Origin: Malacoraja senta
Lineage: Eukaryota
Assembly: GCA_038087875.1 (NCBI GenBank)
Contig: CM075988.1
Coordinates: 13,888,001-13,952,000 of the forward strand
Direction of reading: 5' to 3'
Length of the DNA stretch: 64,000 nucleotides
The position numbers and the translations under genes were made by a program. Shown piece after piece: positions 46,400 through 60,306 of the stretch (within the stretch, counting starts at the first letter, position 1; every line of letters begins with the position of its first letter). The notes under the pieces are model-generated. The model was given only the letters and a program-made list of their open reading frames with translations, did not search any database and had not been told where the DNA came from.

Positions 46400-49300
46400 A
46401 TAGTTAATGAATGGAGCCCATATTTTAACAAAATGTTCTTGTTTGTCCATTAAGACAAGTCTAATTCTTTCTAGATGTAGGGTCTCTGACATTTCCACAA
46501 TCCACATTTTAATTGTGGGGTTTATAGGACCTTTCCAAAATTTTAATATTTATTTTTCCCCAGTTATTATACTGTAGTCAAGGAAGTTTCTTTGGCTTGT
46601 TGTGAGTGTTAAACTTTGTTCTAATATCCCAAGTATTATTAATTTTGAGTCTGGATCCAATTTAGTATTAACAACTTCAGAAATTATTTCAAAAATATCA
46701 ATCCAGAAATTTTTGATTTTTATACAATTTGCAAAAGTATGTGTTAAATTGGCCTCTAGATGTAGGCATTTATCACAGATAGGAGAAATATGTGGGAAGA
46801 TTCTATTTAGTTTTATTTTGGAGTAATGTAATCTGTGTAAGACTTTAAATTGTATTAAAGCATGTCTGGCATTTAACGAGCATTGATGTATATGTTGTAA
46901 ACTTTCGTTCCAAATGTCTTTCGTTATAGAGTAACCTAACTCATTTTCCCATGTGTGTCTATATAGTTCCATCGGTGGTACCTCATTGTTTAAGAGGGTG
47001 TTATAAATATAAGCTATTAATTTTTCAGTGTTAGGATGCTTATTCAAACATTCATCAAGAATTTCTGGTTCCCTAGTCCTATATACTTGTGTATTAGATT
47101 TAACATAATCTCTAATTTGTAGATATCTGAAAAAATTATTTGAGTGTAGTCCATAATTTTGTTGTAACTCTTGAAATGACAGAAAGATGCCTTCCCTATA
47201 AAGATGTCCAATCTTTTTAATTACATAATGTTTCCATTGTATAAAACCTCTATCCAATATGGATGGCTTGAATAAAGGATTATTTACAATGGGAAGACAT
47301 AGTGGTATATTATTCAGTTTTAAAGCTTTTTTTAATTGTTTCCAAATTCGTATTCCACTATGTATTATAGGGTTTTCCTTATAGGTTTTTTTATTCAATT
47401 TTGTGGGAGCAAATATAATCGAACCAATTTCAAAAGGTAAACAGTCTTCCTTTTCCATCCTTAACGTATCTGAATATTGATCCATTTCTTCCAGCCAGAA
47501 ATTCATGTTTTTAATATGGACTGCCCAAAAATAAAGTAAGAAATTTGGCAAAGCCAAACCTCCGTTGCTCTTTGACTTACATAAATGTTTTTTACTTATT
47601 CTATGATTCTTATAATCCCAAATATAGCTTGTAACAATGGAGTCTACTTTTTTGCAAACGTTTTTTGGGATATATATCGGAATTAATTGAAATAGGTACA
47701 GTAGTTGCGGTAAGAAGATCATTTTTATAGCATTAATTCTACCAAGCATTGAAATGGGAATTGTTTTCCAGTACTGAATATTCTTGTGTAATTTATTAAG
47801 TAAGGGTGGAAAATTTAGTTTAAATAAAGAGGTATATGTCTTAGTTACATAGATTCCTAAATATTTAAGTTAATCTTTAACTATTTTAAAAGGGGATTGT
47901 TGCAATGTATTTAAATTGAATTTTGTTATTGGCATGATTTCAATTTTATTCCAGTTAATTCTATATCCTGAGAACTGACCAAATTGAGTTATTAGATTTA
48001 ATAGATTTGGAATACTAGTTTCTAACTTTGTGATATATATTAGTACATCATCTGCATATAAGGAAATTTTATTCCTTGTATCTCTAGTGTTGTACCCGTG
48101 TATTCCTGGATGGGTTCTAACGCTTTCTGCTAATGGTTCAATTGCAAGAGCAAATAATAGTGGGGATAGTGAGCATCCTTGTCTGCAACCTCTAGAAAGA
48201 TTAAATTTAGCTGATAACATTTGGTTTGTTAATATTCTAGCTGTTGGATTGGAGTATAACAGTTTAATCCATGTACAGTACTTCTCTCCTAGTTGAAATT
48301 TTTCCATTACCGAAAATAAATATGACCATTCTACCTGGTCAAATGCTTTTTCAGCATCTAACGATATAATTGCTAGATCTGCATTAAGAATTCTATTTGT
48401 ATATATAATATTGAATAGTCTTCTCAAATTATAAAATGAATAACATTTTGGAATAAAACCAGTTTGGTCAGGGTGTATTAATTTGTTAATCACTAAGCTC
48501 AATCTATGAGATAGGATTTTGGTTAATATTTTTTGATAAGTATTTAAGAGAGCTATTGCTCTATATGAACCTGGGTCTTCAGGATCCTTATCCGTTTTTG
48601 GTATAAGTATGATTGTAGATTCATTTAGAGTTTCTGGGAGTTTCTGTTGAGTATAAACTTATTTGTATAGTGTCTGTAGGTGTGGAGAAATCAGATCGTA
48701 AATTTTTAAATAAAATTCAGAGCTTAGACCATCAGGACCTGAGGCCTTTCCATTTTTTAAAGATCTAATTGACTCTTCGATGTCTTTTACCGTAATTTCT
48801 GCATTTAGTGATTCTCTCTTTCTGATCTAAACCTGTAAGGTTACATTTCTGTAGAAATGTTTCCATTCCTGCTGATTGTTCTGTCATTTTAGATGAGTAC
48901 AGTTTTTGATAGTATTGTAAAAATCTATCATTAATATCTTTAGGCAGTGTTAATATTTCTCCCTTGTCTGATCTAATTTTGTAAATTGTTTTTTCCCCGT
49001 CCAGTTTACGAAGTTGACGCGCCAATAGTTTTTGTGGTTTATCACCAAATTCAAAGTTTAATTGTTTTGTGTGTTGATATAGTTTTATAACTTGGTCTGA
49101 ATATATCTTGTTTAACTTATATTTCAGTACTGCAATTTTATTGTGTTTTGCCATAGATGGTGCTATTGCATTTTCTATATCTAATTGCCTTATTTCCATT
49201 TCCAAAGTCTGTTATTTGGCCCTATTCTCTTTGTTAAGAAATGATTGCGAAGAGATTAGTGCTCCTCGCACAAATGCTTTAAATGTTTCCCAAAGAAGGG

Positions 49301-50168
49301 AGGCAGAGATTCCAGGGCTATCATTAGCCTAAAAATACATATTAATCTGTTTTACGAGATATTCATTACATAGTTTTTCTTTTAAGATTTGAGGGTTAAG
49401 TCTCCATTGTGACTGTCTCGGTCATTCCATTTAGTTTAATCATAAATGTTAGTGGAGCATGGTCTGATATTATAATATTATGATATTGCGAGTTATAGGT
49501 AAATTGGATAAGTTTAGAGTCTACTAAGAAGTAGTCTATCCTTGAGTAAGTTTTATGCACTGGTGATTAAAATGAGTATTCTCGACCAGATGGATTTTCA
49601 ATTCTCCAAACATCCTTAATGTTGGTAGTATTAATATATGAATTTAGAAATTCACTTGACTGAGATTTTAATTTTCTTTGAGTTGATGATCTATCCAAGT
49701 AAGCATCCAGTGTACAATTTAAGTCTCCACCGATAATTAAGTTATGTTGTGTACATTCTGGGATAGTGTTAAGTATTCTCTTAAAAAACAGGGGGCTATC
49801 AAAATTTGGTCCATACACATTAAGGAGAGTCACTTTTTTCGAATATAACTCCCCTACTAATACAATATATCTACCTTCAATATCTTCTATCGTTGATATA
49901 TGTTTAAAGGGTATACCTTTACGAATTAATATTGCAACCCCTCTAGATTTATGTGAGAATGAAGAGTGATACGCTTTAGCAATCCATTTTGTTTTCAATC
50001 TATGTTGTGCTTCCTATGTTGTGTTTCCTGGAGAAATATTATATCTGCTTTAAGTGATTTTAAATGAGCTAATACTTTACCTCTCTTGATTGGTTCATTA
50101 ATTCCCTTAACATTCCAACTACAGAATTTCATTCCTTCACCCCCAATTTTCCTATTAACATCTTGCAT
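46400..50168 (-). pseudogene. L1 ORF2 (EN-RT-cysteine-rich), several stops and frameshifts
   Basis: SWNVKG, GGDLN, DQTGF, LDAEKAFD, GCRQGCSLSPLLF, LYADD, CDKC..HTFANC. Confidence 0.95.
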
Positions 50169-50962
50169 CTTGTGATTAAAGTGGTCTATGTTAGAGCAGA
50201 TGGCTCAGCACACTAAACCCCACCTTATACCCAAACATCAGGTAGATGAATTTTAGGTCCCGTCGGTTTTCCATCCCTAAATAAAATATATAATTCCATT
50301 CCAAATACAAAATATAATATAACATAAGATAAAAAAGATAAAAAGAAATTGCATTAATAATGTGTAAAGAGTAGAAAAAGAAGAAAACTACAACTATGGT
50401 TAGTGCAGTTAGTGATAGCCACCCCAGTGTGGCTAAGCATCTAAGGACTTCCATAGCTTTTGGTAAAAAAATATATATTACTAGCTCCGTACTTTCCTTA
50501 AAAGGAAAGTTTCAATTACAATGAAAACAATTTATGGGGGGGGAGGGAAACAATAGTTATATTCCATAATTGAAATAATTATTAGTCTCCAATTGAAATG
50601 TTAGTTGCAAAAATTTAAAAAAAAACATTGTTAAAGAGTAAAATAAAAAATATCAAAGAAAAACGTCCTAAATTTTTATTAATAAATTACCTGAATCACA
50701 CTATACTTATATTTCATACTATTAATTAATTCAGAGTTAATCCAGTTAACAATAATTAGTATTGATTAGTATTCATAATTAGTAATAGTTGTTAGAAATT
50801 AGTACTAAAATGTAAATATTATATATCAGTAGCAATCTAATTGCCCAATTCTTATTGCAGATTTTGGACAGTTCTTAAGTATAATCGTTTAAAGTTCCAT
50901 TTCTTCTCTGCAGGGTAACAATGTCCGATATCTTCAGGTGAATGTTGGGTGTAGGGTATTAT

Positions 50963-51171
50963 TCAATCTTCGGACTTATTCACGATGCTCTGGGCGAATT
51001 CAAGTGCTTCTGTGTGCTTGATGAAGAAATGTTCCTTCCGCTCGTAGGTTACTCTTAATGTTGCAGGGTATAACAGTCCATATCTCAAATTGTTCATATT
51101 CTTAAGTATTCTTCTTGTTTCTGTAAACAGCGCTCTCTTCTTGTGACTTCCACAGGATAATCTCTAAATAT
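50963..51171 (-). pseudogene. L1 ORF1 C-terminal part (non-inverted)
   Basis: IFRDYPVEVTR..YGLLYPATLRVTY..EALEF. Confidence 0.85.
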
Positions 51172-51330
51172 ACTTCCGGTGGCGCTATGGAGTAGGAGAG
51201 ACTCGCGCCGACTAGCTCCGTGAAAAGAACGCTGAAAATGGGGGAAAAAGACGGGACATACCTGCAGTAAACGGCACCAATTGTTTGCAGTAAGTTCGTG
51301 ACGTCATCAGGCGCGCGCGACACCGGCAGC
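51172..51330 (+). promoter_or_regulatory. L1 5'UTR, putative internal promoter (inverted)
   Basis: CpG-rich; begins ACTTCCGG (ETS-like); TGACGTCA (CRE) at 51299-51306; precedes ORF1 ATG at 51331. Confidence 0.55.
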
Positions 51331-52134
51331 ATGTCGATTCAACATACCCCCCCCAAGGCGAGAAAAACCGGCACGGGAAAAGAGGTAGGTCCAACTGAAG
51401 CCTCGGCCTCAGTTTTAACAGCATCCCAAGAAGATATCTCAAAGAAGAAAAAGACAGATGTGGAAGAATTAAAAAAATTTCCTTACACAGGAAATCTCTA
51501 ATATAATGAAAGAAATTAAAAATCTTAAACAGGATCTGATTTCTTTTAAAGAGGAAATTAAAGAACAAATTAAAGAAGAAGTTACAGCTTCTATACATGA
51601 AGTTCTGGAAGATTGGAAGTTAGACATGGAAGAAAATTTGAAACAAAATATTGAAGAAGTAAATGATAAACTGAATTCGATGGAATCTAAATTTGATTCT
51701 AAGTTGGAGCCTATCCTCCAGACATTAAATAAACACCAACAGGTTGTTACGGAATTAGAGGAAATTGCTGAGACGAGCACTGAAACTACAAATAAACTTA
51801 TTGCCGAGAATAAACGCCTATCAAAGTTATTACATCAAATAACCGAAAAATGTATTGACTTGGAGGGACGACAGAGACGCCAGAATTTAAGAATCGTGGG
51901 CATCAAGGAAGGCAGAGAGGGGAATCGCGACCTCCATGAATTTGCTGCAGATCTACTGAAAAAAGTCTTGAATTTGGATCAAGCACCACTACTTGCCCGA
52001 GCGCACAGAGTATCGAGACGTCGCCCAAGGGAGGTCGCCCCCCCAAGACAACTGATAGTGAAGGTGCAATATGACCATGTTTTGGATAATATGATGAAGA
52101 TAATTGTTCAAAGCAGAAACCTCGTATTTGAAGG
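51331..52134 (+). pseudogene. L1 ORF1 N-terminal and central part (inverted segment, one frameshift near 51475-51505)
   Basis: Coiled coil, then DLEGRQRRQNLRIVGIKEG, RAHR, PRQLIVK. Confidence 0.93.
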
Positions 52135-55100
52135 ATACATAAGATTTCTTAAGACAGTTTGTAAAGTATTGACTCCTGCAGCCACAGACATTTCACTTGC
52201 ACTACACCATCTGGGTCTAAGTAATATTCTCATGGCATCATTATAAGCTACTTTAAGTCTCTGTAAGATTGTGTTTCTGTAGTTTGACCACAGCTGTGCA
52301 GTATAGCATGGTGTACAATATGCTCTGAGACTAAGATTATTATCAGACAATTTAAAATCAGGAAATTTTAGACATTTGAACTACAGATCATAACAGCACT
52401 CTTACCAGCATTATATTTAATATCATGTTCTACACCATACACAGAACATATAGTAAGGAGCTGCTGGAGGCCAGCGCTAGATGGACTAAAGACCGCAAGA
52501 TCATCTGCATACATAATATGATTCACTAGAGTATTACCAATCATGCACCCATTATTACAGGCTTTCAATTGTTTGGACATATCATCAATATAGAGATTAA
52601 AAAGAACTGGGGACAAAATTCCCCCTTGTCTGACACCATTGCTAACCCCAAATGGAGCTGAGACCCTATTAACCCATTTTACTTGCATAGTCTGGTGGAC
52701 ATACCATTAAGCCAGAATTCTCACAATGTATTTAGGCACCCCTCTGACTCAATTTAACAAACAACTTTCTATGATCAGGATCAAACAGGATCAAAGGCTT
52801 ACGAAGCATCAATACAGCACATAAGAATTGATGAGTTGTTAGCTCTATTTGTTACAATTTCCTTTAAGGCATATATACACGTCAGTGCCATGTTTAGCCT
52901 TAAAACCAAACTGGTTATCTGTGGAGTTAACAAACTCATTTAATCTATCCAGTAGAATTATTTCTAGGACTTTTGACAATATGCTGGCTAAAGCTATGGG
53001 CCTGTAATTATTTAGGCTGCTTACTTTATCAGCTTTGTCCTTAATGACTGGCAATAACAAAACAGACAACATTGAGTCTGGTAACAAGCCATGAATCATA
53101 AAGCCAGTAAAACAAATAGTAAGGTGAGGAGCTATCCTCATACTGACATATTTAAGATGTTCAGCAGAAATATGATCTAAGCCGCTTGCTTTGTTGTCGG
53201 ACAGCTTGTTCATAGCTTGATACACCTCATGTGACATAATCACCATTGAATCATTACTCTCAATATTGTCCACCCTATACAAGTCACCTTGGACACAGTT
53301 TGATAGAGTACTAAAATGCTGTCGCCATAACTCTGCGATATTAGCTGTTCTGGAGATTCCATCAACAGTGCATGGTGAAGACGTTTTGCAGTCGTCAAGA
53401 ACTCTCACTATTTTCCAAAAATCAGTAGCATTGTTACTTAGCAGCTTCTTAGCCATGGAATCAGCCCTCATAGCTTGCTCATTTTTACAGGTGAAGCGAA
53501 CAGCATACTTATATCTTGCATTAGTGAGCTTCTTGTATTCAAGCACAGGCCCTTGTCTGGGTCTACCTGCCATAGCCCATAATTTAGTGGCTTCACAGGC
53601 TTCAGCATAATCCTCAGCTACATACTTATTCCAGCCAGGCCTGATGTTGTGTGTCTTATTTTAATGCTTGCTGTAGGGCTTACTGCCCACATATAAAGTG
53701 CTTACAATATCATTATACATGGAGCAGATATCTCTCCTATGCTTCACATCCTTACAATTAACACTACTACACATAATTGCATCTTTAGGTAGATGCATAT
53801 TGCTTAAGTATTTATCTGTATGAGAATAATAGGCTAAGATGTTTTCCTTTGTGAGGGTTGACCAGTCTAGTTTTTTTGTGTTAACACTAATTTCATCTCT
53901 GGATACCACAGGTAGATGTTTAACATTTATTGGCATAGCACCAGGTATATGATCAGTCATTGCTGTCCCTTACAGAATGCTCAAACACCTCAATGAGGGA
54001 TGTGCATCAGCTGTACTAATACAATGGTCCAGCCATGACGTAGTGTGCCAGGCCTCACTAATATAAATATAACTATCTGTAGGTAAAAGCACTTTGCTTG
54101 ACAATATAAAATTATTATCTTGACAGAACTGAGCCATATGATTGGCAAATAATGAGTTCCTGTCTGAGATATCTGCATTCATATCCCCAATGACATATAC
54201 ACTAGAATTATTATTGTTTTTGAATATAGGAATAGATGAAAACAAGCCTATTTAAATATTAATCCTCATTCTGATGGCATTCATAGGGTGTATACACATT
54301 TAGGATATCAAATTCCTTGTTGTTGTGAGTAAAGTGTATTGCTATACACCAGTCAGCATCAAGCCCGACAACATTTATTGATGTCAAGCTTCTTGTTCCA
54401 TAGATTAGCCACAGCCCCTGATATCCTACCTCTGACTATTCCCATGCCAAGGTCAGTTGTAGATTCCCCAGCCCCATGAAAGTGATCATTGAGAGAATTT
54501 AGTTTGTCCAAGTCTTGCTTTGCTAAAAATGTCTCTTGCATACATAGTATGGCACAGTTCTCCAACTATGCGGCAAGCTTTATCCCCTGCGCTCTGGCCC
54601 AAACGCAGGCCGCAACAGTTGTACGACATAAGCCGAGAGCACCAGCAGGTACACTCATTCCCCCGCAGCAGGCGCAGTGCTTGATCCGATGACTCCAACC
54701 CTGCGTGGCTCGTAATAGCGCCGGACAAATGCCCCTTCTGGCCAGAGCTCCGGATTGTACATTTCGCCAACCTCATTGCATTCCGCAGATACTTTAAATG
54801 AACAGTATCTACTGTGTACAGTGTCAATCTTTTGACAGGTAACCTCACGACCAAGTTTCTCTTTAAGATACACAAATAAAGTTTTGGCATCTCGATCTGG
54901 TGAAACATTCACCAGCTTAGTCTTGACCATTTTGATGTTACTCGCAGCTCTGGTGCCAACAATAGGTATAAGGTTACCGGATTTCTTTTTCTGTCCAGGG
55001 GTAATAGTGCACAATCTTGGCTTACCAGCAGCGTTCTCTGGAACATGATTCCTCTTTGGCGAGCCTGGTAAAGACGTTAATCCACTGGGACTATCCATTG

Positions 55101-56374
55101 TCGTAGCCCCCTCCACATTTAAAGCGAGGCCCCAGGCCGCAACTCTCACTCCGGCGACCAAGCCTGAGGCTCCTGCCGGTGCAGCCCCCAGCGCTGTGCC
55201 TTCCATACTAGTGGCTCCACTGACGCTGACGCATCCCGATTACCGCTCAGAGTCGGGTCAGTGGGTCGCTCCAATGCACACACTCAGCAATTAATTTTCA
55301 CTGTGATGGCACGGAAATCTTTGCTTACATCAGCCTGTAGCTGCACGGTGTGCTTCGTAGAATAGACCTCAGCGTGCAGCTGCTCCATTCTCCCAAGTAG
55401 GCTCGAGACATCCATGTTGGTAAATGTCACCGGCGGCGGTTCATCCAAGGAAAGAGAGACAAATCTGGGAGTATTCTCCCCACACTCATTCATTACTTTA
55501 AGGCCACTCTTTATGTTATTGACGTCTTTCTGTGTCCCTTTCTGGGAAACGTTCCGCTGTGTAGTGGGGCAGAGTTCAAACAAAACTTTCTTCGAGGACA
55601 CTATCCACTCGGAATCATAAGTGTTTGCAGCCAGTAGGACGATCTCGTACTGGCTTAATGTCTTCATTTTTACAGCGAGTAAGTTAAGCAGCTCATTCTC
55701 CATAATAACTTTACAGTCAACAGTCTTGTAGATTTCAGGTTTTATTCGAGACCGGCTAAAAACAGGAGCAGCTGAACCTTGTGGTGCAATGTCTGCCATG
55801 TTGTAAATTGGTTTTATGTTTGAATATAGAAGCTTACAATCTCCGCATGTCTTGATTAATGCACAACCTGAAAAGCAAGAGGTACTCCATGACTTCTAAA
55901 CTGGGAGATAGTATTGAGCTTAAGTAAACGATAGACAACAAACTATCCACAGGCAGTTTGCACCTCCACATGAATCGCATGAGTACCTCATGAGAATGTT
56001 TTTGCTCATCTGGCACCTTTCATCAGCTTCTGTTCTGCATTCTCCAGTCACACTTGAGCATGAAGATCGACTTCGAGCGATTGAAAGCCACAATCAGATT
56101 AGAGTGGTATCCTGAACACACACTGCCTGCATCAATAGCCAGTGTAATATGCTCTTCTCTTTTCACAATAGCCAGTGGAAGTTGGGATGTGGTTGATGAT
56201 AGCACGGCCAGATTCTGAGAAGCCACTTTTGTAGACAACCGCAGACCTTTGGGTGAAGCGACACTTGCAGAGAGGCCTGTTAAGGAGATCAATCGGCACT
56301 GGGTCAATGGTGAAGCTTTTCCAAGTCAGCATGGTCGGTGACATGAAGGAAAGGGTGATGTTCCCACCTCGATG

Positions 56375-56750
56375 ATTCATTGTCAAAGAGTGATACAGTG
56401 TGGAAACGGGCCCTTCGGCCCTACTTGCCCACACCGGCCAACATGCCCCAGCCACACCAGACCCACCTGGCTGTGTTTTGTCCATATCCCTCCAATCCTG
56501 TCCTATTGAAGAATAGAATAGAATCTAACTGTTTCTTAAACATTGGGATAGTCTCAGCGTCAACTACCTCCTCTTGCAGCTTGTTCCATACACCCACCAC
56601 CCTTTGTGTGAAAAATTTACCCCTCAAGATTCCTGTTAAATCTTTTCCCCTTCACCTCAAACCTATGTCCTCTAGTCCTCAATTCACCTGCTCTGGGCAA
56701 GAGACTCTGTGCATCTACCTGATCTATTCGTCTCATGATTTTATACACTT
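56375..56750 (-). mobile_element. CR1 3' fragment
   Basis: RGKFFTQRVVGVWNKL..GLEGYG. Confidence 0.88.
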
Positions 56751-57279
56751 CATCCCTTCATTCTGTCAGCTTTGTGAAATGCTGCAGAAGAAGACTTGGT
56801 GAATTCTTGCAGTGCATGATCCAGGTGGTTCTTGCTACAGCTATCAGTTGCACTGACCGAGAAACGGGATGCTCAGGGTGGTGGATGAGTTGCCAATAAA
56901 TCAGGCTGCTTCAGTCAGTGGTGTTGTGGTTTTCAAGTGTTGTTAGAGTTGCACTCATCCAAGCAACTGCAGAGTATTTCGTATCACTTCTGATTTGTGT
57001 CATCTAGATCTTGGAATGGCTTACGAGAGTCTGAAATTCAATCACTCACAGCAGAATATCCTGGCCAGCAGGTTTGCTCATGCTGCACAGAGTTGTTTAA
57101 ACTAGATGGACAGGAGAATAGGATCCAATGCAGGAACGAGGTAGGTAAAAGGCTGGAATTTGGTGTGGATGGTGATGAAAGAACGTCCAGTGCACAGAAT
57201 AGACTGGGTAACAGCAGGGAGCAAGGAAGGACTTACTTTAATGTAAGAAGCCGGTAAGGCAGATTAACTCAGGGTGTGG

Positions 57280-57655
57280 ATAGGTTGGTGCGACTAGGAT
57301 ATTGTAGCCATTGTGGAAACCTGGCTAAGAGAGGGAAAGGACTGGCAACTTCATATTCCAGGGTACAAGTGCTATGGAAGAGATAGAGGTGGGTAAAAGA
57401 GGAGGGAGTGTTGCTTTATGGATTAAGGAGAATGTTACAGCAGTAGTCCAAGATAACATTACTGATGGTTTGTCCAGGGAAGCTATAATGCGTGAAGCTG
57501 AGAAACATTTAACAACATTTAAAACATGCTTGGACATGTACAAGGAAAAGTTTAGAGTAACATATGGGCCAGGTGCAGGGAGTAGAGTAGATGGGACATT
57601 TTGGTTGGCATGGACAAGTTGGGCCGAAGGGCCTGTCCATACTGTATGACTTCAT
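57280..57655 (+). mobile_element. Internally deleted CR1 (EN start joined directly to the 3' end)
   Basis: DIVAIVETWL..IPGYK..GKRGGSVALWIKE followed within about 100 bp by TTFKTCLDMY and the CR1 tail. Confidence 0.75.
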
Positions 57656-57944
57656 GACTGTGACTTGCTTTTGTGAACACACAATTTGTGTGACTGCTCT
57701 ATTTTTTTTGTCAACCGTGTGTCTGACAAGATGTAGATGGTGTGATACTGTGATGGCAATGTTGTTGAATGTCAAAGGGAGAGGACTTTACTTTCTCTTA
57801 CTGCAGATGACCATTGCCTGCCGCTGAGTGACAAAACTGTTACTTAACACGTATCAGATTTGTTCTTGTGGAAATCCTGCAGTCTAAGGTACAGACCAGT
57901 TTGATATCTGACAAGTCGTAAATGTAGCAAATGTCATACATCAT

Positions 57945-58372
57945 CAGAATCTTACTTTATTAGTCAAGTATGTTTTGCAACAGACGAGGAATTTGATTTG
58001 CCATGCAGTCATACCAATAAAAAGCAACAAAACACACAAAATACATTTTAACATGAACATCCACCACAGTGACTCCTCCACATTCCTCACTGTGATGGAA
58101 GGTGAAAAAAAAAGTTCAATCTCTTCCCTTTGTTCTCCCGCAGTCGGGGGCCTCGAGCCTTCTGTTGACGGGATGATCTTGACACCCGTAGCTGGCGGCG
58201 GGACCCCCATGTTGGGGCGATCAAGCTCCTGCATCAGGGGGGAGGGGATCTGAGCTCTCCCATGCCGGGCTATCGGACCCCGGGTCAGGGCTGGTCGAAA
58301 CCTTCTGCGACTGGAGCTTCCCGAAATCAGTCTCTACCCGAGATTACGAGCTCCTCGATGTTGAAATCTGCA
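57945..58372 (-). mobile_element. Repeat with Rex/L2-type 3' tail and GC-rich body
   Basis: Minus strand: GGCAAATCAAATTCCTCGTCTGTTGCAAAACATACTTGACTAATAAAG tail. Confidence 0.55.
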
Positions 58373-59371
58373 ACTATCCCCACATGATAGAAGGAAGGGC
58401 TCTGACAAAGCATTGAAACGGTTTGGGTTGAGGACACTGGCCTCACTAACTCCTGCAGTAGGGTCCTGAGTGTTGACATGTATTTCAAATCATTCCAGAT
58501 TTATTAATTAGGCTTTTATTCATTAATTAGGAACAGCAACATTTTCACGTGGACTTGGAACTGGTTTGCAGCATTGATTCGTTCATTTGACACATTCTGC
58601 CTCGTACATCCCAGAACAATCTGCTTACTTCCCATACACTGATGTCAACTTCTCCTATTTGAACTCAGCTGTTGTTGGTTCAATGAAGCACAAAGCTTTA
58701 AGAGTAAACAGAAAAGCATCGAGTAAAATCTATGGACCAGAATGTTTTTAATTTGAAAGATGCTAATGTGATTTCAGTCTCTGGTATCCTGACTGTTATT
58801 AACATGTTGACTTTCATCCTTAACTTTTTCCCCACCCAGTAAGTCTGAGATTCGAAGAACACTTCCTAAACCTTTCATTATTTAATAGCTGCCACTTTTC
58901 TGCCATTATGTTCAATTTACATACATGCTTATATCCACAATGACGTGTGTGCCTGCAGTGCCTCAAGCATTGGAAGTATATAACCTCACTCTAACTGAGC
59001 CTATAAATGTGTTGTTTACTAGCGATGTTACAATGAGCTAAAAATCTGTCAAAGTTATATTGAAGCCAATCAAGCTCTCTGTTTGTCAAAAGAATGGCAA
59101 ATTCGAACAAACTTTGAGGGGTTCAACTGAAATATACAATTGCTGTATTGAATGCACCAATGCTTTTTGTTTGCGATGGTAAGTGCTGGTAGGGTGTCTC
59201 TAAAAAGTTAACCATCATTATTTTGTTTTCTGGCTATGTGACACGTGTTCATTATGGCACCAAATTTAAAAAAAAACATGGGATTGCACTGTTTTACCAA
59301 TGGTTTTGCAAACTCAGTACATCAGAATCAGCCTCATGTTACAATACATGGAATGTGTTAAAGCTATTGTT

Positions 59372-59683
59372 AGAAACACAGGTGCAGGAGTAGGCCCTTC
59401 GAACTAACACTGCCATTCAATATGATCATGCCTGATCATCTAAAATCAGTACCCTGTTCCTGCTTTTCCCCATATCCCTTGATTCCTTTAGCCCTAAGAC
59501 CTAAATCTAACTCTCTCTTAAAAACATCCAGTGAATTGGCCTCCACTGCCTTCTGTGGCAGAGAATTCCACAGATTCACAACTCTCTGGGAGAATAAGTT
59601 TTTCTTCGTCTCAGTTCAAAACAGCCTACCCCTTATTCTTAAACTGTGACCCCTGGTTCTGGACTCCCACAACATCGGGAACA
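59372..59683 (-). mobile_element. CR1 3' fragment
   Basis: Matches 17410-17713. Confidence 0.9.
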
Positions 59684-60096
59684 ATATTGTGGATATAAAT
59701 GAAACTCATCTTCGACAAATTGATGCTTGTACCATTCAGCTTATAATCAAATACTAATTACTGTCAAACTTTTCTTGCTGTCACTTAACATTAATTTTTA
59801 GAAGTTTTATTCATTTTAGTTTAAAATGTGATTATCCCTCTTAAAATATAAAAATATGGACAATTTACCCCTTTTTTCATTCTGCTTTTTTTCACCCTCT
59901 CTTGAAAGAAAGATAGAGATGCATTTCTATAATTCATCACAATAGGAGTTTTGAATATTTTTGAATATTTGCTATTTTATCCCCACACCAATATTTCATA
60001 TAGAACAAATAGATAATATGTTTTTCTGATTGCCAATTAACATTGGCTAGGGCAACAGGTAGAATATCCCTGCTCATCCAACAGATAGCATCTCTG

Positions 60097-60306
60097 TAGA
60101 AACAAGGAACTGCAGATGCTGGTCTTTTTTTAACAAGGTACAAAGTACTGGAGTAACTCAATGGAGTTGGGCAGCATCTCTGGAGGACATGGATAGGTAA
60201 TATGTTAGGTCGGGACCCTTCTTCAGACTCATTGAAAAAGGCCCGGAGGCGGAGGTGATGAAAGAAGAGCTCAACATCATGGCGGGCTCGGAACTCATTG
60301 AGGTTT
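60097..60306 (-). mobile_element. Penelope-like element remnant: ORF N-terminal motif joined to the terminal repeat
   Basis: LNEFRARHDVELFFHHLRLRAFF directly adjacent to GTCTGAAGAAGGGTCCCGACC. Confidence 0.82.

Larger units (their letters stand above)
46059..52134 (-). mobile_element. Full-length L1-clade LINE with inverted 5' segment (51172-52134 on +)
   Basis: A-rich tail at about 46059-46090; 13-bp TSD ATACATAAGATTT at 46046-46058 and 52135-52147. Confidence 0.95.
45757..55805 (-). mobile_element. RTE-X-like LINE, near full length and decayed, split by the L1 insertion (parts 52135-55805 and 45757-46058)
   Basis: ORF1 (NELL..PRFV..PPV) 55799-54655; ORF2 SYNC, MQETF, GDMN, WLDH, PGWN..GRPRQG, QFGFK, GVRQGGILSP, YADD; VLRNLMY continues as TFICQINDSEN across the L1. 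Clade assignment from motif recall. Confidence 0.85.

Noticed and set aside
52135-52246. C-terminal extension of L1 ORF1 as a real domain
   Set aside because: It is read-through across the TSD into antisense RTE-X-like sequence.
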